DNA of 64,000 nucleotides, from positions 448,001-512,000 of the forward strand of contig JBGARZ010000001.1 of NCBI GenBank assembly GCA_044229975.1, given 5' to 3'. The position numbers and the translations under genes were made by a program. The stretch is from Polyangiales bacterium. GTDB taxonomy: Bacteria > Myxococcota_A > Polyangia > Polyangiales > Ga0077539. Below, piece after piece: positions 1-7,100 of the stretch (position 1 is the first letter of the stretch; every line of letters begins with the position of its first letter). Below the pieces are notes generated by a model. It saw only the letters and a program-made list of their open reading frames with translations. It did no database searches and was not told the origin of the DNA.

Positions 1-391
1 CGGCGCCTTCGAGGCGCACCGGGAGCGGGAGTTCGATCGGCCCGTGCGCGAGGGCGGCGTGGTGACGGACGAGCGCGCTCGACGGGTCGGCCGCGGCGCG
101 CAGGAGGTGTTCGAGGAGGTGCACGTCGACGCGGGCGCCGAGGGACTCGCGGGTGCGTTCGAGGGAGTGGTCCTCGGCCACGACGGTGACGCGCTCGCGG
201 AGGAAGGCGCGGGCGAGCGAGAGGGCCTGCGCGTGCGGGTCGTGGCTCAGCGTGACGGGCCGCCCGCGAACGCGCACCCGCGGGACACCCGCCGCCTGCG
301 GCGCGCGCTCGGGGAGCAGGAGGTAGCCGATGCCGCCGCCCATGAGGGCGAAGGCGAGGGACAGCGCAACCAGTCGCAGCCAGCGGGTCAT
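1..391 (-). CDS. 5' part of a membrane-anchored protein, possibly VanW-family (runs off window edge)
   Basis: Read by hand from ATG at 391: MTRWLRLVALSLAFALMGGGIGYLLLPERAP..., an N-terminal TM/signal segment, open to the window edge. The family guess is weak. Confidence 0.5.
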   Translation of the reverse strand, partial: MTRWLRLVALSLAFALMGGGIGYLLLPERAPQAAGVPRVRVRGRPVTLSHDPHAQALSLARAFLRERVTVVAEDHSLERTRESLGARVDVHLLEHLLRAAADPSSALVRHHAALAHGPIELPLPVRLEGA

Positions 392-508
392 TGGGAGCTC
401 CGACCCGGCGGTAGACCGGCGGAGCCAGCGGGTCAACATCCCGGCGCCCTCCCCCCCGGCCGGCGACCCATCGGGACCTCCCGCCCATTGGTGGCAATGG
501 AGAGTGCG

Positions 509-562
509 TTGAAAAATAATTGATCACCGTGCTTGACGGATATCGGATGTGTCGGTTATCCC
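509..562 (+). promoter_or_regulatory. putative sigma70 promoter of the leader-tRNA operon
   Basis: AT-rich UP-like tract TTGAAAAATAATT (509-521), -35-like TTGACG (533-538), weak -10-like TTATCC/TATCCC 17-18 nt downstream. Confidence 0.4.
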
Positions 563-591
563 TTGTGGGCACTCAAGGAAGTGCCTTCGCC

Positions 592-720
592 ATGAACCTC
601 CTCTTCCTCCACTCCCGCTGCCCTTCACGATCGTCGTCCGGACCGTCATCCAGTCGGTCCAGTCGCTCGTGTTGTTGCGTCGACTGCGGGAGCAGGAGCC
701 GCGCGCTTTCATCGGGATAA
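592..720 (+). CDS. Ser/Cys-rich putative attenuator leader peptide, 42 aa
   Basis: MNLLFLHSRCPSRSSSGPSSSRSSRSCCCVDCGSRSRALSSG*; 15 Ser and 5 Cys codons; AAGGA SD-like sequence at 575-579; lies directly upstream of a terminator hairpin and Ser/Cys tRNA genes. Confidence 0.7.
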   Translation: MNLLFLHSRCPSRSSSGPSSSRSSRSCCCVDCGSRSRALSSG

Positions 721-750
721 CAAGCCCGCAGCGCGCACGTAGGTCTCGAT

Positions 751-793
751 GAGGCCGGCTCCTCCCCGACGGGAAGGGTCGGCCTCTCTCGTT
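751..793 (+). terminator. attenuator (conditional terminator) hairpin
   Basis: GAGGCCGGCTCCTCCC-CGAC-GGGAAGGGTCGGCCTC: 16-bp stem with one mismatch and two G-U pairs, then a pyrimidine tail TCTCGTT. Its 5' arm (756-763) can instead pair with 694-701. Confidence 0.7.
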
Positions 794-896
794 GGGGTTC
801 AGGCTCCGCGAACGCCACCGATCGGCGCGGCCTGACGGGGCCGACGCGAGGGCCGCGGTGCGTCCGTTGTCGACAATGATGTGGTCAATGATTCTT

Positions 897-969
897 CACG
901 CCGCTCACCAGTGTGGAGCACCGGTCTGCAAAACCGGGCGTACGGGGGCAGCACCCGTCGGCGTGTCCA
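897..969 (+). tRNA. tRNA-Cys(GCA), irregular
   Basis: Acceptor CACGCCG/CGGCGTG, U73 and encoded CCA; anticodon arm CCGGT-CT GCA AA-ACCGG (GCA at 928-930); T-stem ACGGG/CCCGT with non-canonical loop GGCAGCA; short, irregular D region. Confidence 0.8.
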
Positions 970-987
970 GTGATGGCTGGAATCTAC

Positions 988-1073
988 GGAAGGGCAAGCC
1001 GATTGGTTGACGGCACCTGTCCTGAAAATAGGCGAGCGTGATTGCCTTGGGGGTTCGACTCCCTCCCCTTCCG
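988..1073 (+). tRNA. tRNA-Ser(TGA), irregular
   Basis: Acceptor GGAAGGG/CCCTTCC, G73; D-stem GCCG/CGGC; anticodon arm CCTGT-CC TGA AA-ATAGG (TGA at 1023-1025; C33 instead of U33); long variable arm; T-loop TTCGACT. Confidence 0.85.
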
Positions 1074-1137
1074 CCCACTCTTGTTCATTGAAGGAGACGA
1101 CATCATGTGACGGCATCGAGACGAGTGTGATTCCTCT

Positions 1138-1222
1138 GGAAGGGCAAGCCGATTGGCTGACGGCACCGGCTTCGAATACCGGCGAGCGATGAGCCTTGGG
1201 GGTTCGACTCCCCCTCCTTCCG
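1138..1222 (+). tRNA. tRNA-Ser(CGA), irregular
   Basis: Acceptor GGAAGGG/TCCTTCC, G73; anticodon loop TT CGA AT (CGA at 1173-1175; C31-A39 mismatch); long variable arm; T arm GGGGG-TTCGACT-CCCCC; near-duplicate of the 988-1073 gene. Confidence 0.85.
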
Positions 1223-1245
1223 CCGTTTCTCCGCGTTGTTTCTTT

Positions 1246-1331
1246 GGAGGATAGGGCATCTGGTCTGCCGAGCGGTCTGCTACAGCGTCGCCCGCGGAAG
1301 CGGGTAGTCGGTTCGATTCCGGCATCCTCCG
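1246..1331 (+). tRNA. tRNA-Ser(GCT), irregular
   Basis: Acceptor GGAGGAT/ATCCTCC, G73; D-stem GGCA/TGCC; loop CT GCT AC (GCT at 1279-1281; G-G mismatch in stem); variable arm CCCGC-GGAA-GCGGG; T arm GTCGG-TTCGATT-CCGGC. Confidence 0.8.
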
Positions 1332-1350
1332 CTGTTTCCTTTGTATGTTT

Positions 1351-1438
1351 GGAGGCTACGACATCGGGTGTGTCAGACACGTTGGAAGCGTGTGGCTCGT
1401 CGCATGGCGAGCAGTCGGTTCGAGTCCGGCAACCTCCG
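1351..1438 (+). tRNA. tRNA-Ser(GGA), irregular
   Basis: Acceptor GGAGGCT/AACCTCC (one C-A mismatch), G73; D-stem GACA/TGTC; anticodon arm ACACG-TT GGA AG-CGTGT (GGA at 1384-1386); variable arm GCTCGTC-GCAT-GGCGAGC; T arm GTCGG-TTCGAGT-CCGGC. Confidence 0.85.
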
Positions 1439-1510
1439 CCCCGCCCATGGAACCCCAGCGGCACGTCGCCGGGTCGCCTCCTCCCACGCGCTCACGAGAG
1501 GCGTCGCCTC

Positions 1511-2830
1511 TCAGCGTCGACGGCTGCTGGCCGGCCCCCGCGGACGCTTCGACGGAGCGGCGACGTAGCGACTGACTGCGGATCGTCGCGGATGCGCGCG
1601 CAGGACGCAGGTGACCCTCGCCTCGTCGGCGTCGAACTCCGGCGGCGGGCTCCCGAGGTCCGCCATGGTGCGGCGCATGGTCGGCACGCCCTGCCCCTCC
1701 CCCTGGGCCAGCTTGAGCTGGAGGAAGAACCACGCGAGCGACTGGTTGCGCCACCGCGGCGACTCGCGCCCCTCGCGCAGCGCCTCCAGCGACACGCCGC
1801 GGAGCAGCGCCCCCGGAGACACCGTCTCGACGCGGTCGACGAAGGCCGTCACGCGCGTCGGGTCATCCAGCTCGTAGTCGCGGTGCACCAGGGCGTTGAT
1901 CGCTGCCTCGTGGAGCGCCCGCCGTGGGTACGTCTCGACGTCCGGCACGTCGACGTCGGTCTTCTCGAAGAGCCGCACCACCTCGGCGTCGAGCAGCGCG
2001 AGGAGGCGACGGGCCTGCTCGACGAGCGCGCCGGTGAGCTCGTGGCGCTCCGCGGTTGATTCGGAGCGATCGACGCCCCGGTAGCGCGAGAAGAAGGTCA
2101 CGGCGCCGGGGAAGAAGCGCGTCGGGTCGCGCCCGAAGAGCAGCACCGCGAAGTTGCGTGGCCGTCGCACACCCGTGAGCGCCTCGGTCACGCACAGCGA
2201 CGGCACGAGCGCGTGCAACCGAACACCGTCACCCAGCAGGTCCTCGACGCCGAGCCCATCGTCGACGCGCCCGATGCGGAGGAGGGTGTCGCGCAACGCC
2301 AGCAGGTCGAGGTCGGCGACCGTCGCCGTCGCGCACGGGCGACGATCCCAGGGCTCCAGCGCCCCCTTCCGCGTCAGCAGCTCGCGCAGCACGCCGTTGC
2401 GCGCCTCTTCCGTGCTCGACCCGCGCCGGACGTGGTGGAGCGTGTTTCCGTCGGCGTGCCGGAACATGTGCGCGTGCGGCGTCGCGGGCTGTACGAACAC
2501 CAGCACCCGGCGGTCATCGGTGTCCGCGGGCAGCTCGTGGACGAGCGGAGTGATCGCCGGGGAGACCCGATCGCGGCAGCGCGTGAGCACCATGCCGACG
2601 ACCTCCTTCAGTCGCGTCGCCGTGAGGCCAACGCGCAGCAGCTTCGGGAAGCCGTGCTCGTCCTTCGTCTCGCTGGCGCCGCACACCACGTAGCCGCCGC
2701 CGAGGTTGGGGAGGTCATTGGCGAAGGCCGAGAGCGTCGCCACCACGCCGTCGGGGCTGGCGACGTTTTCCTTCCACTCGACCTGCTCGCTCTCGCGAGC
2801 TGCCAGCTCCCGCAGATCGATCGCGACCAT
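1511..2830 (-). CDS. AlbA_2/Schlafen-domain protein with C-terminal HATPase_c_4 (RecG-C-like) domain
   Basis: N-terminal ESEQVEWKE...SAFAN...GGGYVVCG; C-terminal YP..ALHEAAINALVHRDY, SPG, RN..LA, GEGQG. ATG at 2830 overlaps the upstream TGA. Confidence 0.8.
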   Translation of the reverse strand: MVAIDLRELAARESEQVEWKENVASPDGVVATLSAFANDLPNLGGGYVVCGASETKDEHGFPKLLRVGLTATRLKEVVGMVLTRCRDRVSPAITPLVHELPADTDDRRVLVFVQPATPHAHMFRHADGNTLHHVRRGSSTEEARNGVLRELLTRKGALEPWDRRPCATATVADLDLLALRDTLLRIGRVDDGLGVEDLLGDGVRLHALVPSLCVTEALTGVRRPRNFAVLLFGRDPTRFFPGAVTFFSRYRGVDRSESTAERHELTGALVEQARRLLALLDAEVVRLFEKTDVDVPDVETYPRRALHEAAINALVHRDYELDDPTRVTAFVDRVETVSPGALLRGVSLEALREGRESPRWRNQSLAWFFLQLKLAQGEGQGVPTMRRTMADLGSPPPEFDADEARVTCVLRAHPRRSAVSRYVAAPSKRPRGPASSRRR

Positions 2831-3657
2831 CACGCACCCCGCCCGAGCCGGCGGTGCGCGAGCGACGGCAGCGACGCCCTCACCGACGCCGTGCGCGCCG
2901 GGTCGATGTCCGCCACCACGAAGCCTTCGCCCTCCGCCCGCTCGGCCAGCACCACGCCCCACGGGTCGACGATCATCGCGTGGCCCCACGTCGTGCGCCC
3001 GCCGGGATGCGTCCCCCACTGCGCCGCGGCCAGCACGTGCGACTGCGCCTCGATGGCCCGCGCCCGCAGCAGCAGCTCCCAGTGCGCGCGCCCTGTCGTC
3101 GCCGTGAAGGCCGCGGGCACCGCGAGCACCGTCGCGCCATCGTCCACCAGCGCGCGGTACAGCTCCGGGAAGCGAACGTCGTAACAGACGCTCAGCCCCA
3201 ACCGCCCGACGGGCGAGTCGACGGCCACCACCGTGTTACCCGGTGCCGTATTGCGCGACTCGGTCAGCACCGGCCCGCCGGGCAGGTCGATGTCGAAGAG
3301 GTGGATCTTCCGGTAGCGCGCGACCACCACACCGTCGGCATCGAGCAGCGCCGCGGTGTTGTACGTCCGCGCGTCCTCGGTGCGCGCCTCGGGGACGCCG
3401 CCCCACAGCACCCACGCGCCGGTCTCGCGCGACAGCGCCGCCATCCGCGCGCCGCACGGCCCCGACGGAACCTCTCCCACGACATACCAGCCCGCGACCG
3501 CCCCGCGGCCCTCGTCGGCGCCCATGTAGAGGGCGTTTTCGGGCATCACCACGAGCGACGCGCCCGCCGCCGCGGCCTCGCGACCGAGCGCCTCGGCCGT
3601 CGACACGTTGCGCTCGACGTCCTCGCCCGACGTGAGCTGCACCACCGCGGCCTTCAC
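2830..3657 (-). CDS. carbon-nitrogen hydrolase (Nit1/deaminated glutathione amidase-like)
   Basis: PEN, YRKIHLFD and VCYDVRFPELYR catalytic-triad motifs; GTG start overlapping the upstream stop. Confidence 0.9.
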   Translation of the reverse strand: MKAAVVQLTSGEDVERNVSTAEALGREAAAAGASLVVMPENALYMGADEGRGAVAGWYVVGEVPSGPCGARMAALSRETGAWVLWGGVPEARTEDARTYNTAALLDADGVVVARYRKIHLFDIDLPGGPVLTESRNTAPGNTVVAVDSPVGRLGLSVCYDVRFPELYRALVDDGATVLAVPAAFTATTGRAHWELLLRARAIEAQSHVLAAAQWGTHPGGRTTWGHAMIVDPWGVVLAERAEGEGFVVADIDPARTASVRASLPSLAHRRLGRGA

Positions 3658-4088
3658 CGCCGCGACCCTCCGGCGAAGCTCGTCACGCCCGCCCGCAGCG
3701 CGCGCCGCGTCGGCACCAGCTCGCGGCCCGTGAGCGCCGCCACGATCACCGCCACCCAGGGCTCGTGCAGCCCGCGCACCTGGTAGGTCGCGGCGCCCAC
3801 CTCGACCCGCAGCGAGTTCGCGTCGCACCTGATGCCCGTCACCCCGCGCACCCGCAGCGCCTCCAGCGGCGGCGCCCAGTTGGGCGCGCAGCGCTGCCAC
3901 CACCGCGCGGCCTCGTGCAGCAACACCAGCGGGAGCTCCTCGCGAACGGGCGCCTCCTCGCCGACGGGGATCTCCGGGTGCGTGACGCCGCGGCGCGCGC
4001 GCGGCCGACCCGTGAAGGGCAGCACCGTGAGCGGCGCGAGGCCATCGAGGGCGGCGGAGCGGAGTCGCGCGAGAGGGTCGTCGGTCAC
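3654..4088 (-). CDS. hypothetical protein
   Basis: 144-aa ORF; its stop overlaps the GTG of the hydrolase (GTGA), suggesting translational coupling. Confidence 0.55.
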   Translation of the reverse strand: MTDDPLARLRSAALDGLAPLTVLPFTGRPRARRGVTHPEIPVGEEAPVREELPLVLLHEAARWWQRCAPNWAPPLEALRVRGVTGIRCDANSLRVEVGAATYQVRGLHEPWVAVIVAALTGRELVPTRRALRAGVTSFAGGSRR

Positions 4089-4186
4089 GCGGTCGACGAT
4101 AGCGCGCGCCTGCGCGGTGGGGTCAACCGCCGTGGACCAGCCTCCCCCCCTCTTGTAGGGTCCGCCCCGCCCTCGAAAGACCTCCC

Positions 4187-7100
4187 ATGCGAACCACGTC
4201 GACCTTCCTTTTCTGTGCGCTCCTGGCCGCTGGTTGCAGCCCCAACGCGGTCTCGCTCCCGAGCTCCGACACGGGCGCGGCCGACCTCCCTGTCACCAGT
4301 GACGTGACCATCACGCCCGACGACGCCGCGACCTTCGACGCGCCCGCCTTCGACACGATGGCGCCCGACGACGCCTCGCCCGACGACGGCTCCTCCGGCG
4401 ACGGCGGCGCCGCGGTCGACGCGCCGGATGTGGTGGTGGTTCCGACGGCCTGTCGGTCGTCGCGCGAGTGCGTGGGCAACGGCGTGTGCGACCCGGTCGC
4501 GCGGGTGTGCGTTCAGTGCGTGAGCGCGGCGCAGTGCGCGGGCGCGACGCCGGTGTGCGAGTCCAACCGCTGCGTGGCCGCCACCGCCTGCGCCTCGTCG
4601 CGGATGTGCCCCGGCCGGGTGTGCGACATCGCCCTGAGCCGCTGCGTCGACTGCGTCGTCAACGCCGACTGCGCCGACGGCTCGGTGTGCGTGCGCAGCA
4701 ACTGCCTGCCCGCGCCGACGCCGTGCACCTCGTCGCGGATGTGCGGCGCCACCGATCAGGTCTGCGACGCCTCCCGCGGCTACTGCGTCGACTGCGTCAT
4801 CGACGCCGACTGCGGGCTGACGGAGTTCTGCACGGCCGAGCGCACGTGCAGCCCGCGGGTGTGCACCCCCGGCGCCGTGGACTGCGCCGCGCTTCGCCTG
4901 CGCCGCACCTGCAACACCAACGGCAGCGGGTGGAACGAGGTCGCCTGCAGCGGCTCGTCGAGCTGCCTCGCCGGTCAGTGCCAGCCGTGGGTCTGCACGC
5001 CGGGCAGCGCCGACTGCTCGTCGCTCCGCGAGCGCCGCACCTGCAACCCCGACGGCCTCGGCTACTCGGCCTCCGCCTGCGGGGCCACGGAGTCGTGCGT
5101 AGGCGGCACCTGCCGCGGCTGGACCTGCACCCCCAACGCCTCCACCTGCGCGTCGAGCACCGCGGTCAGCATCTGCAACGCCGACGGCCTCGGCACGCGC
5201 AACTCGGCGTGCCCGTCGGGCGCGAGCTGCGCCGACGGTCGATGCAGCTCCTGGGTCTGCACGCCGGGGACGGCCTCGTGCGACCCGTCGGGCGCGCGAC
5301 GCACCTGCAACAGCGACGGCCTCGGGTACACCCCGGCCCCCTGCGTGGCGCCCGCCCACGCGGCGACCACCACGTGCACGGGCGGCGCGTGCACGTTCAC
5401 CTGCGAGAGCGGTTGGGGCAACTGCGACGGCGCCTCGTCCAACGGCTGCGAGACCGACCTCTCGGGCAGCGCCTCGCACTGCGGCGCCTGCGGCCGGACG
5501 TGCAGCTCCACGGCGGGCGCGAGCAGCGCGTGCGTCGCGGGCTCCTGCCAGGTGACCTGCCTGCCCAACTTCGGCGACTGCGACGCCAACCCCTCCAACG
5601 GGTGCGAGACCTCCACCACGAGCGACGCGCGCCACTGCGGAGCGTGCGGTGCGATGTGCGCCGCGCGGCCCAACAGCGTCGCGTCGTGCACGGTGGGGCG
5701 CTGCGCGTACGTGTGCCTCAGCGGGTTTGGCGACTGCGACGGCGACGCGAGCAACGGCTGCGAGCGGGCGCTGACCGCCGACGTCGCGCACTGCGGGCGC
5801 TGCAACAACGCCTGCCCCACGGGAGCCAACGCGCAGGCCACCTGCAACGCCGGGAGCTGCACCTTCGCCTGCCAGTCGGGCTTCGCGAGCTGCGACGGCA
5901 ACAACGCCAACGGCTGCGAGGTGTCGTCGGCCACCGACCTCATGAACTGCGGCGCCTGCGGTCGGCAGTGCGCGCCGGCCAACGCGACCGGGGTGTGCGC
6001 GGCGGGGGCGTGCTCGGTGGGCGCGTGCGCGTCGGGCTTCGGCAACTGCGACGCCGTCGCGACCAACGGCTGCGAGACCAACCTCAACACCAGCACCTCC
6101 AACTGCGGCGCGTGCGGCACCGTCTGCCCGGGCGTCGGCACCGCCAACACCACGGTGACCTGCACCGCGACGGTGTGCGGCTCGACCTGCGCGACGGGCT
6201 TCGGCGACTGCGACGGGCTCACGAGCAACGGCTGCGAGGCCAACCTCGCCTCCGACGCGCGCAACTGCGGCGCGTGCGGCACCGCGTGCCCGGCGGGCCA
6301 GACCTGCGTGGCGCGGGTGTGCGGGGCCGCGGCGCCCGGCTCGCTCATCGCGGCGCGCTACGGGCAGGGCCTCGCCACGGCGACCGACGGGCGCGTGTAC
6401 ACGTACGGCGGCTACAGCGGCAACTCCATCAGCTCGACGGAGATGTACGACCCGGCCACCAACGCGTGGTCCTCCCGCGCCCCGCTGCCGACCGCCCAGC
6501 GGTGGAACGCCGGCGTCGCGCTCACCGACGGGCGTGTTCTGTCCATCGGCGGCGTGAACTCGGTCGGCACCACGGTGTCGACGGTGTACGCGTACAACCC
6601 GGCGACGGACGTCTGGACCACCGTCGCCCCGATGCTCACGGCGCGGCACGCGGCCGCGGCGGCGACCGGACTCGACGGGCGGGTGTACGTCTTCGGTGGG
6701 CGCGGGGCGTCGGCCAATATCGCGTCGGCCGAGGTCTATGACCCGGTGGCCAATGGGTGGTCGCCCGTGGCGGTTCCGCCCACCACGCGAGCGGCCGCCG
6801 GAGCGGTCACCGCGGCCGACGGTCGCATCTACGTCTTCGGCGGAACCACGAACACCAGCAGCACGGGCGCCACCACGGTCGTCGAGATCTACACCCCGTC
6901 GACCGGCACCTGGCAGACGGGGCCGTCGCTGCCGAGCGTGCGTGCGTACTTCGCCTCGGGTCGCGGAACCGACGGTCGCATGTACCTCGCCGGCGGCTAC
7001 GTGAACTCCGACACCATCGGCACCGCGGTGGCCTTCACCCCGGGCGCCGGAGCCACCGGGACGTACACCACGCTGCCGGGGATGAACATCGAGCACGGAT

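Noticed and set aside
520..591. TTG-initiated N-terminal extension of the leader ORF (66 aa in the track)
   Set aside because: Overlaps the putative promoter; the ATG at 592 follows an SD-like sequence and is the more plausible start.
988..1073. Reading this tRNA as anticodon CTG (mistranslating allo-tRNA), as tRNA-Sec, or as an 8/4 fold
   Set aside because: The 5-bp stem CCTGT/ATAGG centres TGA in a 7-nt loop; an 8th acceptor pair would be C-C; there is no TCA anticodon. All anticodons in the cluster match their identity elements.
988..1438. Repeated GGAAGGGCAAGCCGATTGG / GGTTCGA units as a CRISPR array or att sites
   Set aside because: They are tRNA paralogs; spacing is irregular and there is no cas or integrase gene in the window.
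799..1464. 221-aa minus-strand ORF and other ORFs overlapping 900-1440
   Set aside because: Antisense or overlapping translations of tRNA genes (AEGEGVEP and AEDAGIEP are typical reverse-tRNA peptides).
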